A DNA stretch of 64,000 nt from Octopus sinensis (lineage: Eukaryota). How positions within the stretch are numbered: position 1 is the first letter of the stretch; every line of letters begins with the position of its first letter. The translations under genes and the position numbers were made by a program. A model generated the notes under the pieces. The model searched no databases. It saw only the letters and a program-made list of their open reading frames with translations, and was not told the DNA's origin. The stretch covers positions 41,416,001 through 41,480,000 of the forward strand of contig NC_043008.1 in the NCBI RefSeq assembly GCF_006345805.1. Reading direction: 5' to 3'. This document shows positions 27,866 through 41,459 of the stretch, in pieces.

Positions 27866-28017
27866 CAACAACAACAACAATAATAATAATAGTAACGATG
27901 ACAACAACAGCAACAACATCAATAAAAGGAACACCACCACTACCAACAAAAGCAACAACAGGAGCAATAATAATAATAATGATTAAAATAATAAAAATAA
28001 TAATAACAATAATAAAA

Positions 28018-28071
<54 letters not shown>

Positions 28072-28136
28072 GTAATAGTAATAATAATAATAATAATGAT
28101 AATAATAATAATAACAACAACAACAACAACAACAAC

Positions 28137-28177
<41 letters not shown>
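27794..28177. repeat. (AAT)n/(AAC)n microsatellite field
   Basis: Directly visible. Confidence 0.97.
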
Positions 28178-28972
28178 TCTAAAATACATATGTCAATATA
28201 TTATTACTATTATGGCTAACAAAATAATAGAATAAATAAAATCTTGATTCCCTTTTCTCTGGGGAAAGAGGAATATGTCTCCCGAATGTCGTAACGAAAC
28301 ATACGTTTCGCTTCTACAGTAAAAATTCACTCCTTATTAATAAATAATCCGATTTATAGATTCTTTCTCGATAAATAATTGCATTTATCCGGGAAATCGC
28401 TTCTCCGCAAGCAGTAAGCCGATTAAATGAGGAAAATAACTGGTTTTCAAGATGATTCTATCGGCAGCGTTCATAGCATATTATGATAAATGAATTTCTG
28501 TTGATTAATGAACACCACACAGGTGATTTACTTGCAAACGAGGGCAAATTGAAATTACGTATACATTTATATATACAAACACTCACACAAATATATGAGA
28601 AAAACGCGAAAAACACACATAAATTAATGATGTGTGTGTTTGCGTGTGTATGTGGACGTGTGAAAGTGTGTGTGTCTGTATGTATGAATGTATGCATAAA
28701 TATATATATATGTGTGTGTGTGTGTCTGTGTATATAATGAATATACATAGATATTCATGTGTATGCATACACATATATTAAACATGCATACATATATATA
28801 TTAATACATATGTATATATATCATGAGTATATATAGATATGCATACGTATACAAACATATACACACATATCAAACTTGCATACATATTTATATACATATA
28901 TGTATATACACATGTGCACAAATATTTACATCCATATATGTGTAGAAATATGTAATATACATGTGTATATGC

Positions 28973-29018
<46 letters not shown>

Positions 29019-29192
29019 TATACATATATGCGTATGTCTTCAATTCCCTTCAATTATAATCAGTACGATCAGGCGTATGATGTGATGTAATTAGTGTGAG
29101 GAGAGTGTCAAAGGATAGAGAGCAGCTGTTGAAAGTAGGAATGTATGTATTGGCATGTATACGTTACATACGCACATATATACGTATGCATA

Positions 29193-29239
<47 letters not shown>

Positions 29240-29477
29240 TATATATATATATATATATACATACATACATATAATATATATATTATACATATGTGCGTGT
29301 GTATGGACCCAAACGCGGATATTGATACGTGACTACATATGTAAACGAATGCATACATTTGTGTGTGCTTGGTTATTCGCGTGTTTGATATTGTGTAGAG
29401 GAATACGTGTGTACTCGATAATCAGATATGTATATACAAATTATATAGGTATGTAGTTAGACAAACAAATAGAAGGT

Positions 29478-30058
<581 letters not shown>

Positions 30059-30519
30059 CTATCCTGCGCATAATAGTTATACCATATGCAAACAAGAAAT
30101 ACATACGTGTGGGGTGAGGATGTAGTCTAATGAATTTGATTTGAGATTCGTTGGTAATGAAACGTTTCAATATTTCAATTAAACCAACTTAAGTGAAATT
30201 CCCCCCTATAATTATAAGTTGTGTCACAGAAGTCACTCTGTTAACCGCCACCACTTGCGCTTAATCAAGACCATCTACCGTATAGGTATTGTCGTGGCTT
30301 TATGGGTAATAAATTTGCTTCCCAATCCCGTGATCACGGGTTCAATCAAACTCCGTAGCACTTGTGGTAAATCTCTTGCTCTGGAATCAAACTGATCAAA
30401 GCTTGCTTTAGAACAGAAGTATGGTCACAAAGCAATCCTTTTTTACTAAAAGAAAAAAGAAAGGAAAGAAGTGGCAATAACAGTTGTGATAGAAATTATG
30501 ATGTTAATTATGATTGTAA

Positions 30520-30845
30520 AGGCACATGGATTAGTGGTTAGAGCGTCGAGCTTACGATTGTGAGTTCGATTCCCCGGACTGGGCTGCGTGTTGTGTTCTT
30601 GAGCAAGACACTTCATTTCACGTTATTCCAGTTAACTCAGCTGTAGAAATGAGTTGCGACATCACTGGGTCCAAGCTGTATTGCCCTTTGCCTTTCCCTT
30701 GGATAACACCAGTGGTTTGGAGGAGGGTGGCTGTTATGCATGGGCGACTGCTGGCCGTCCATAAACAACCTTGCCCAGACTTGTGCCTCAGAGGGTAATT
30801 TCTAGGTGCAATCCCGTGGTAATTCATGACCGAAGGGACTCTCCC
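30520..30845 (+). mobile_element. SINE family E (middle shared with D, different tail)
   Basis: A box TGGATTAGTGG, B box GAGTTCGATTCCC, TGTGTTCTTGAGCAAGACACT middle. Confidence 0.75.
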
Positions 30846-31466
30846 AATTATGATTGTGTAACAATCATGATCACCCTCATTAGCAACATCATCACACTAT
30901 CAATAGTACCAATATTGTCATTGTCATCACATGTGTAGCAGCTATTAGTTACATTTTTTTTCATTACATCCTAAGTTAAGGCGACGATTTGGTAAGCTAT
31001 TTGCGCACAAATGTTTAGCCGCTTGTCATCTGGCCACGACCTCGTCTTTACCTTCCATATTTTATCAGTCGATAAAATAAGTACCAGCCGAGCACTTAGC
31101 TCGAAGGCATTGAGTCTTCGCCCCCGCCCTCTAAAACTGCTGGCTTTACATCAAAATTGAGAACTTTAGCTACTAAGTCATAGTCTTCTGCAACATTATA
31201 CATTTTACATTTTATTTAACATAAAATTTGTTAATATAAATGATATTATATTTATTAATATAAGTAACTACTCTTATATATACATATTATTTTAGATATA
31301 GGGTAAAAAATGATTAACTTAATAAAACCATTATCGGTAAAAACTTATAAAAAAGTTTCTTTTATAATTATAAGCATAATTGAGGTATCAGTAAAAGTTG
31401 CTTCACTACATACCGAAATTTAGAAATAGCAATCAAAACTACTAATTCTTCTACTAAATATACCTG

Positions 31467-31507
<41 letters not shown>

Positions 31508-32424
31508 GAGAGAGAGAGAGGATGAGGAGAGAGAGAGAGAGAGAGATGGATATATATATATATATAGCAGATGTAGTATATAGATATATATATAGATATT
31601 ATTTAGAAGTATATAAATGCACTGAACTGACAGAACCGTTAGCATTTCGCCCTTTTTACATAATCTCATACGTATGTATGAATGTATGTATGTATGTATG
31701 TATGTATGTATGTATGTATGTATGTATGTATAGGCGTATAGGTGTGTGTAGAGTGTATTAAAATTGGTCCTTGAGAACCACAACTAAAAACTTACTGCCA
31801 TATCGCCAATTGTATATACGTCTAGATCGTACTTGAATCATCGGTCTGCTTTTTATTTCAGCTAAACACCTTTGCATTCTGTCAGATTTGCTTCAAGCTG
31901 AACTACAGTTAACTATATTATCTATGCTCTATCCATTATATGGAGTATTTTTTCGGTTCGTTTTCACAAATACAATATTATCTTTACAGATTCATAAAAG
32001 CATACGTTCAAACATATTAACTTATGTATAACATACATATCAGAATATCTCCGTTAATATATAAGCTTTCCTTCTTTTTCTCTTCCTATTCTAGCGATTG
32101 ATATTCCTAATTTGTTGACGCTAATAATTTGTTGACAGACCTACTGGCACATCTGCACTATAAACTAAACAAGGTACTAAGTGCAGTTAACATACGATTT
32201 TCCAAACCCTTTACATCCAGATCCCTTTTCAGATAACCGATATTTCCGAACTAGTAAAATTAGTAAATTAGATATTTAGTTTGAGAGTATGGGATATTCC
32301 TTTATCGGAGACAAATAGGGAAAATGAGAAAAGTATAGATCAATGAAATGACGACATAGAAGACGGGAGTAAAGGAATAAGGAAATGAAGAAAGAGAAGA
32401 AGAGGAAGCATAAAAGTTCACAGT

Positions 32425-32820
32425 TCAGATTTTTTCATTTTGGGGCTTTCAAGGAGTATAGATAAATTCGATTTTAAGGCATGAAATATATTGGCTATTC
32501 TAGGGTTGTGTGTGTTACCGAACGGAATCATGTTTTCATTAACTTTTCCCTTAGTGTCCATAGTTGGGTGATGTTCAGTTTCCTCGCCTTTTTAATTCCT
32601 TCATTAATTAAACCTGAGGGGTATTTCTGCATTGTGAGGAAGCCTTTGAGTTCGTTCAGTCGGATTTCACATATTTTGCGGTCAGTCACTGTAGCACAGA
32701 TGCGTCTTGCCATGCGATATGGGATGTTTCTTTTGATGTGGAATGGGTGTCAAGAGTGGAATTTAAATATTGGTGTGCATCAGTCTTTTTATAAAATATG
32801 TCTGTTGTGACTGTGGAGTT
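32425..32820 (-). mobile_element. Penelope-like retroelement fragment (RT thumb/linker region)
   Basis: Minus-strand translation TTDIFYKKTDAHQYLN-[frameshift/stop]-HPFHIKRNIPYRMARRICATVTD...RLNELKGFL...YPSGLINEGIKKA, then IPFGNTHNPRIANIF. This matches the KxTD/HP..KxxIP motifs of PLE RTs. Confidence 0.85.
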
Positions 32821-32830
32821 CTGTATTTTT

Positions 32831-32888
32831 ACAGAATCCAGTTGCAATGAGTTACCAGGAATGGTAGCTCATTGCAACTGGATTCTGT
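32831..32888. repeat. 27-bp near-perfect hairpin with a GGAA loop
   Basis: acagaatccagttgcaatgagttacca-GGAA-tggtagctcattgcaactggattctgt, with a single T.G wobble. Confidence 0.92.
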
Positions 32889-32960
32889 CGTGAATTGAAT
32901 GGATATATACTAGCCTTTAGAGAAAACTGGAAATAATGATATTTAGATATATATATCTGT

Positions 32961-33019
<59 letters not shown>

Positions 33020-33022
33020 TAT

Positions 33023-33059
<37 letters not shown>

Positions 33060-33210
33060 CGATAGATATAGATATATATATATATGTGGGTGTGTGTGTT
33101 TGTGAGTATGAGTGTGCGTGTATATACATATGTATACGCTTTGGCGCATTTCTAACATATATTTGCATGCGTATGTGTGTGACTGTAACATGTATGTACG
33201 AGTATGTGTA

Positions 33211-33241
<31 letters not shown>

Positions 33242-33424
33242 TGTATGTATGTATGTATCTTTGTATGACTTTGCCTCGTTCTCCACAAAAATGTGTGGTA
33301 AATTGTTTTTCGCTTTAAGAGTACATATATCTTCCTGTAAACTCTCGTTTTCCCTACGTGTAAGCAATTTCCTTGTCTTCCGCTGTACACTTCCAAATCT
33401 GTTCATAGAAAGGTAAGGTATATG

Positions 33425-33503
<79 letters not shown>

Positions 33504-33795
33504 GAGCGGCAGTAAGAGAGAGAGTGTGAGACACATTCAGAAAATGATTGTTATCTCTATAATTTTAATAGCAACTTAATAAACTTTACACCTCTCCGGC
33601 TTCCCATTCTTCATCCTTAAAACGCTCTGTATCAACGTTATTATTCATGATTATTTCCTATCAATTCCTGGTAGAACATAATCATTTCTGAGACATATTT
33701 ATTTCCCAAACCTTAGTTTCGTTTATGTATATATATTTAAGTCTTAACACTTATATGCAAACACAAAGACAGGCATATATACATTTATACATAAT

Positions 33796-33896
<101 letters not shown>

Positions 33897-34022
33897 TGTG
33901 AGAGAGAAAGATATATATATATATATACTAACAATATAGGATGAAGTCCCTTTCTCTACAGAAAAGGATTCCATCAAAAAGCGTGGCAGTATATTAAAAA
34001 ACCTTACGGTTGAAGTATAAAC

Positions 34023-34087
34023 ATCTTATAATCAAGGGCTAAAGAATTGGCTTTAGAATAACTTTCTTTAGCCCTTAATTATAAGAT
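34023..34087. repeat. 24-bp hairpin with a 17-nt loop
   Basis: atcttataatcaagggctaaagaa / ttctttagcccttaattataagat, one mismatch. Confidence 0.88.
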
Positions 34088-34113
34088 ATATATATAATAT
34101 ATATAATATATAT

Positions 34114-34155
<42 letters not shown>

Positions 34156-34271
34156 ATTTAAATAATGAGTGAGATAAATTGAATATTAATTTAATTAATA
34201 CAATTTAAAACCAGTAGCTTAGCATACAAAAATCTGAAAATTCATAGAAAATTCTAATACATGTGTATATT

Positions 34272-34532
34272 TTAAGGGCTAAAAACCACTATATGGACAG
34301 ACATATGCTAGAAATAGATCACCTACGATCAAACTACGAAGAAAGAATGTTCTCTAGAGAAAATTCAGCGGACAACAGAACATTAGGTGGGCAATAATTT
34401 TCATCTGTCTTGCCCGCCTACTGTTCTAGTATCCGCTGAATTTTCTCTAGAGAACATTCTTTCTTTGTAGTTTGATCGTAGGTGATCTATTTCCAGCATA
34501 TGGCTGTCCACATAGTGGTTTTTAGCTCTTAA
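34272..34532. repeat. Foldback with ~122-bp arms and a 15-nt loop
   Basis: ttaagggctaaaaaccac...gtgggcaa and ttgcccgcc...gtggtttttagctcttaa are reverse complements with few mismatches. Confidence 0.92.
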
Positions 34533-34546
34533 ATAGACATTATATA

Positions 34547-34581
<35 letters not shown>

Positions 34582-34638
34582 GGTGTTTGTATATATACAT
34601 GATATACATGTACGAATGTATGTTTACTCACACATACG

Positions 34639-34702
<64 letters not shown>

Positions 34703-34704
34703 TG

Positions 34705-34739
<35 letters not shown>

Positions 34740-34957
34740 ATGCACTAATGATTTGTAGGTGCTTGGAATTTCGTTATGTAACCATGATATACTATTTTTT
34801 TTTACATCCGATGTCACATATACGAAAGGTCGTAGCAAAAATCAGTGCTCGCCAGAATTTCTGTAGAATATCTGCAGAAATAACTTTAACAACAATGTAA
34901 AAGCACACTGCTGACGCAGTGGAACGTGGTGTTCACTTATGATGGTGTTTAATACAC

Positions 34958-35550
34958 TTATCTATTCTAGGCACAAGGCCGGAAATTCCAAGGGAGGAGC
35001 TTAATCGGCTCCAGTACGCAACTGGTATTTCATTTATCAACCCCGAAAGAATGGAAGGAAAAGTCGACCTCGGCGGAATTTGAACCCAGAATTTAAAGAC
35101 AGACAAAATACTGCTAAGCATTTCGCACGACGTGCTAACATTTCTTATTTCTTTACTACCCACAAGGGGCTAAACGTAGAGGGGACAAACAAGGACAGAC
35201 AACGGATTAAGTCGATTATAGTGCATAACTGTTACTTACTTAATCGACCCCGAAAGCATGAAAGGCAAAGTCGATCTCAGCGGAATTTGAACTCAGAACG
35301 TAACGGCAGACGAAATACCTATTTCTTTCGTACCCACAAGGGGCTAAACACAGAGGACAAACAAGGAGAGACAAACGGATTAGGTCGATTATACCGACCC
35401 CAGTTGCGTAACTAGTACTTATTTAATCGACCCCGAAAGGATGAAAGGCAAATTCGACCTCAGCAGAATTTGAACTCAGAACGTACCGGCAGACGAAATA
35501 CCGCTAAGCATTTCGCCCGACGTGCTAACGTTTCTGCCAGCTTGCCGCCT
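34958..35550 (-). mobile_element. Compound (trimeric) SINE family B
   Basis: The core module CGACCCCGAAAG..GGAATTTGAACTCAG occurs three times, separated by two CCCACAAGGGGCTAAAC..GGACAAACAAGG spacers. Confidence 0.85.
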
Positions 35551-36613
35551 TTATAAAAGTATTTAACATACTTTATGATATATTACGGTTGCATAACGGA
35601 ATACCACGTACCTACCAGTCATTTGTATTAACGTACCAGCTTCCAAGAATGCGTTTAATATGTAAATTGGTATATGCAATAACTTTACACCGCTATGTGT
35701 GGTGGCTATATAAGCAATGCTTTCGGGGATGATTAATGGGTTAGATGTGTGCTGATGAAGGGGAAAATCCAACCTCTATTATGGCATATGCGCCCATTAC
35801 ACATTTTCCATCTTCGATCTCGTTGTTTGATTACATCTGACATCTCGTATATGAGATTTGGTAGCAGATATTAATGCTAGCAATAATTTCTATAGAATAT
35901 ATGTAGAAATAATCTTAATAATAAATAATATGTATATATATATATGTGTGTGTGTAGAGAGAGAGAGAGAGAGGAAGAGAAAGAAACAGAGAGGAGGGAA
36001 ATTGACGCTCCACTCATGTCATAACACCAAAATATATATACGATGAGGGTATTTTCTCTAGATATGAACAATGGATATTGGTGGCCCTGTTAGTGTTGGA
36101 CGCAATGAATTAGGGTTTGTATTCCGATTTTCTATGATCTCAAACCGTCAATGCCAAATTTAATTGCAATCGTACCTGGTTCTACAATTAAAACACCTTA
36201 TAAGAAGGTCAACTGACGGAAACGGTAGAATGTTTTTCGGTATATAATCCAGACATTTTTTTGGTTTTTCTCAGTGCAGCTCCCACCACAGTACCTTCGA
36301 TTGCGACCCCACTCCCATTGCATATGACTTCAGGTTTAGTACCATCACTTGATACTTTCACTGACTTTGATAGCACTCAGCTTCTTGCAAGAATTGTTTC
36401 CAGATCCCCAGTGTTAAATACCTTTCGCTTTCCCTCCCACTCCACACGGAGCCTCTCTAAAATGCGGGTGACCCACTCCATTTCTTTCCGAGCAAAAAGC
36501 AAGACATTAAATTACGTCCCATTTCACAATACGTTTATCATATGCAGTGTCGAACCATTCTTCAACATCGCTTTTCTGAATACGCAATACTACACATAAC
36601 ACAAACACATACA

Positions 36614-36777
36614 AGGCGCAGGAGTGGCTGTGTGGTAAGTAGTCTGCTTACCATCCACATGATCCCGGGTTCAGTCCCACTGCGTGGCACCTTGAGAAAG
36701 TGTCTTCTACTATAGCCTCGGGTCGACCAAGACCTTGTGAGTGGATTTGGTAGACGAAAACTGAAAGAAGCCCGTCG

Positions 36778-36811
<34 letters not shown>

Positions 36812-37070
36812 GTGTGTGTGTGTGTGTGTATGTGTGTGTGTGTGTGTATGTATGTGTGTGTGTGTTTGTGTGTCTGTGTTTGTCTCCCCAACATCGGTTG
36901 ACAACCGATGCTGGTATGTTTACGTCCCTGTTATTTAGCGGTTCGGCAAAAGATACCGATAGAATAAGTACTAGGCTTACAAAGAATAAGACCTGGGGTC
37001 GATATGCTCGACTAAAAGGTGGTGCTCCAGCATGGTTGTAGGCAAATGACTGAAACAAGTAAAAGAGAGT
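36614..37070 (+). mobile_element. SINE family A, full copy
   Basis: AGGCGCAGGAGTGGCTGTGTGGTAAG head through the AAGTAAAAGAG tail. Confidence 0.9.
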
Positions 37071-37108
37071 ATATGTACACAAACTCATATATGTATATAT
37101 ATATATAT

Positions 37109-37149
<41 letters not shown>

Positions 37150-37179
37150 TGAGTTTGTGTACATATACTCTCTTTTACT

Positions 37180-37180
<1 letters not shown>
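37057..37180. repeat. Perfect 38-bp inverted duplication around a (TA)n core
   Basis: aagtaaaagagagtatatgtacacaaactcatatatgt (37057-94) and its exact reverse complement (37143-80). Confidence 0.92.
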
Positions 37181-37214
<34 letters not shown>

Positions 37215-37230
37215 ATATATATAATATATA

Positions 37231-37530
37231 GGAGCACTCCGTCGGTTGCGACGATGAGGGTCCCAGCTGATACAATCAACAGAGCCGCTTGCTCGTGAAA
37301 TTAACGTGTATGTGGCTGAGCACTCCACAAACACGTGTACCATTAAAGTAGTTGTCGGGGAGATTCGGCGTGACACTGTGTGACAAGGCTGGCCGTTTGA
37401 AATACAGGTACAACTCATTTTTGCCAGCCGAGTGGACTGGAGCAACGTGAAATAAAGTGTCTTGCTCAAGGACACAACGCGCCGCCGGGAATTGAACTCA
37501 CGAGCTTACGATCATGAGCCGAATGACACT
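37231..37530 (-). mobile_element. SINE family D (head differs from C, 3' half shared with C)
   Basis: B box GAGTTCAATTCCC, middle TGTGTCCTTGAGCAAGACACT, tail GTACCTGTATTTCAAA...CCGACGGAGTGC as in family C. Confidence 0.8.
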
Positions 37531-37679
37531 TGCACAAGCTGTAATAAAGTGAGATTGGACCTGGAACCCATGTGGTTTAGTAGCAAGTTTCTCACAGTCA
37601 CGCCTGAGATGCAAATGTATAATATATCACACACACACATACACACACACACACACACACAAAATATATATATATATAA

Positions 37680-37721
<42 letters not shown>

Positions 37722-37809
37722 GCAATACAGGAACGTAAAACAAACAAACAAAGTTGGCTTTAAAAGCGTTGAGATATTAAAGAAGTGATTTATATATTGT
37801 CTTTTTCTT

Positions 37810-38031
37810 TTACGTCAGTCATTTGACTGCGGTTATGCTGGAGCACCACCTTTAGTCGAACAAAATGACCGGAGGACATATTCTTTATAAATCCAGTACT
37901 TATTCTATCGTCTCTTTTTGCCGAACCGCTACGTTACGGGAACGTAAACACATCAACATCGGTTGTCAAGCGATGGTGGTGGGGACAAACTCAGACGAAA
38001 GAATAAAATACATACATACATACATATACGT

Positions 38032-38087
<56 letters not shown>

Positions 38088-38243
38088 TATATATGCGATG
38101 GGCTTCTTTCAGTTTCCGTCTACCAAATCCCCTCACAAGGCTTTGGTCGACACGAGGATATAGTAGAAAACACGCGCATAAGGTCTAAACCTGGAACTAT
38201 GTGTTTGGAAGTAACCTTCTTACTACACTCCCGCTCCTGCGCC
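37810..38243 (-). mobile_element. SINE family A
   Basis: Homology to the other copies. Confidence 0.85.
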
Positions 38244-38311
38244 ATATAATATATATACATATTTATATGTGTGTATATATATACATATACATATACATAT
38301 ATATGCATATG

Positions 38312-38516
38312 TACTCTTTTACTCTTTTACTTGTTTCAGTCATTTGACTGCGGCCATGCTGGAGCACCGCCTTTAGTCGAGCAAATCCACCCCGGGACTT
38401 ATCCTTTGTAAGCCCAGTACTTATTCTATCGGTCTATTTTGCCGAACACACCAGCATCGGTTGTCAAGCAATGCTAGAGGGACAAATGCAGACACACAAA
38501 CATATACACACACATA

Positions 38517-38574
<58 letters not shown>

Positions 38575-38727
38575 TACGACAGGCTTCTTTCAGTTTCCGT
38601 CTACCAATCCACTCACAAGGCTTTGGTCGGCCCGAGGCTATAGCAGAAGACAATTGCCCAAGATGGAAATGAACCCGGAACCATGTGGTTGGTTAGCAAG
38701 CTACTTACCACACAGCCACTCATGCGC
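38312..38727 (-). mobile_element. SINE family A
   Basis: Homology to the other copies, with internal deletions. Confidence 0.85.
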
Positions 38728-38734
38728 ATATATA

Positions 38735-38842
<108 letters not shown>

Positions 38843-39196
38843 TATATATATATGCAAGTACCTATGTATATGTATATAAGTGTGCATGTATATAAAGTCA
38901 CACAAATAAAATAATTTATCATCTTTCTGTTATTCATCGCTTCATTTTCTTTCATTCGAATCGCCATTTCACGTACAAACTAGGTCTGAAGAGAGTGAGA
39001 AGCTAAATTAATTCATATTTGTAACCCTGCATTGAAAGCCAAAAGTGCCAAATGTATTTCTGTGTGAATATGTGTGTGTTTGTGCGTGGTGATATACATA
39101 CACACCGGAAAATATAATGACATGAAAACAGACATTTGCGCGCTTGGAAAATTATGTGTTGAATGTATATATGTATGTGTGTGCGTATGTTTGTGA

Positions 39197-39234
<38 letters not shown>

Positions 39235-40767
39235 AATAGAGTCTGGCAAAGAGAGAAAGACATGGGTAGAAATAAAAGGAAGTGTAGGTGAATAATTGAC
39301 GTTAAAGTGACTAATTTTTCGCAATCGTCAAAAAGATAATGTTAATTAAAGTATAAGAGTGAACATAACATTGCTTATCACATTAAGATAATTAATATAA
39401 GAAAGAAATTTATTACATGCTTACATATTTATATATAGGCTTGCAGTGATAAACATAATTTAATGTACATATATGTGTGTGTATATGTGTATATGCGTGC
39501 GCATGTGTGCGTGTGAATGTATGTGTTTATATGTACGTACTTATGTGTATATACATATATATATGTATATATACATACATACACACAATATATATATATC
39601 CTCTAAATGCATGACTAAACTTAAACCATATACATGGACTTTAAAACTAAATATTGTTATAGATATATAATTGGCAGCGCATCGAACTCCCTTGTTGATA
39701 TACTATCAGATAAACTATGGTCATAGCGGTTGAGCATGGCCGCCCTTCGGGCTAAAACATTTTTAGGATTTAAGGATAGATATATATATATATATATATC
39801 ATACATATACATACATATATATATATATATATATACAGCTATATATATACATATATTTACATATATATACATACATATTTATATATAACTTAGAATAACT
39901 TAGAAAGGTTTGGCCAGTATTGGCCCAGGCCATGTCTAACTTAATAGCACCACCGGCGAGTCTTTCAGTTCAGGATTTGGGCACCAAGGTCCATTCGAGC
40001 AGAGAGTTATTGTTTGCGGAGACATATCCGGAGATAATACATACATATATATACATATATATACATATATATACATATATATATATATAGTATAATATAT
40101 ATATAACAATATATATATATATATCTATATATATATATATTTATATATTTATATACATATATACATACATATATATCTATATATATTATATATATAATAT
40201 ATATATATAGTATATATATATATATCCTATATATATATCATATATATATGATATATATATCAGAGGGACCTTCTGATTGGATGGCAAATTTTTTGGTGGA
40301 TCTGAAATGAAATTAGCCTTTGCAAAATCGTAAGCTGGTATCAACTGGCTACAAAGATAGATAAGCTGGAAACTAATATTTTTCTTGATATTGCTGAAAG
40401 ACATGCAGATAAATTCTATTAACGCATCAGTAACGTTTCATGTATGAACAGAGTTTCACTTTTTTTTTCTGGTGAGATGAAGTGAGAAGGAGATTGTATT
40501 ACGTTTTCGATAGCTTGTCTTGATACGTTTCCTATGAAAGATATATTTTTTCGTTTTTGGTAATATAATTTGGTAGAAACAAAAAATGAAATGTTCAGGT
40601 TTTGATTAAATGTCTTTATATTTCCTTACAAAATGCAGCATGCAATGGAGCAACATAAATGTGATTTCGAAATGATTTTTCAAAAATTATTTTTCTTAAC
40701 ATGCTATATCTTGTAAGTAGTTTAATCATATTATTTGCCAAGAAAAATCTTAACATTTATTGCTTCT

Positions 40768-40864
<97 letters not shown>

Positions 40865-40911
40865 CCCTCTTTTTCTCTTTCTTTCTCACTCTTTCGCTCG
40901 TTCTCTTTTTC

Positions 40912-40958
<47 letters not shown>

Positions 40959-41107
40959 ATATATACGTATGTGCGCGTGTGTGTACATGTATACATATAT
41001 ATATACGTGTGTGTGCGTATGAGTATATATATTTATATATATATACATATATACGATATATATACATATATAGAATATATATACACAGATACATATATAT
41101 ATATATA

Positions 41108-41428
41108 TCTCTATATAAACGGCAGTTTGTCTGTGCGTTTTCTGTGTGTCTGTTTTCTCGTACCCTCACTCTGAACACGGCTTTCAACCGATTCTGATGA
41201 AACTTGACACACACATAGCCCAATGTCATAATTCAAAACTAACGCAGCGAAAATTTTGAAAAGTTCCCCCAGTTCTGAAAAAAATCGATAAATTCGACAT
41301 GGGGTCGAGAATCAGAAACCCAAACCACAGACCGTCTAGGGGACGCAACTCCACCTTTTTAAACTCTCTAAAAATGCTTTATAGTTATTTCCCTTACAAA
41401 CCTGAGCAACGCCGGGCGATACTGCTAG
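41108..41428 (+). mobile_element. Non-autonomous Helitron-like element
   Basis: Inserted A|TC...CTAG|T with no TSD. Subterminal GC hairpin (cctgagcaacgccggg). Homologous to 11157-11539. Confidence 0.8.

Positions 41429-41459
<31 letters not shown>

Noticed and set aside
31378-31425. GGTAT/ATACC-GAAATTTA as an HHR
   Set aside because: 5' core and stem I are not recognisable.
35637-35751. 115-nt minus-strand candidate exon (HTSNPLIIPESIAY...)
   Set aside because: Splice signals are plausible, but there is no recognisable product or compatible neighbouring exon. Such sites arise often in AT-rich DNA.
35752-35800. CTGATGA at 35752 as an HHR core
   Set aside because: No helix II followed by GAAA and no stem I partner downstream.
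38973-39026. GGT-CTGAAGA-GAGTGA...TGTA-ACC as an HHR
   Set aside because: Stem I and the GUA site are suggestive, but the GAAA core and half of helix II are missing. Not supportable without a consensus.
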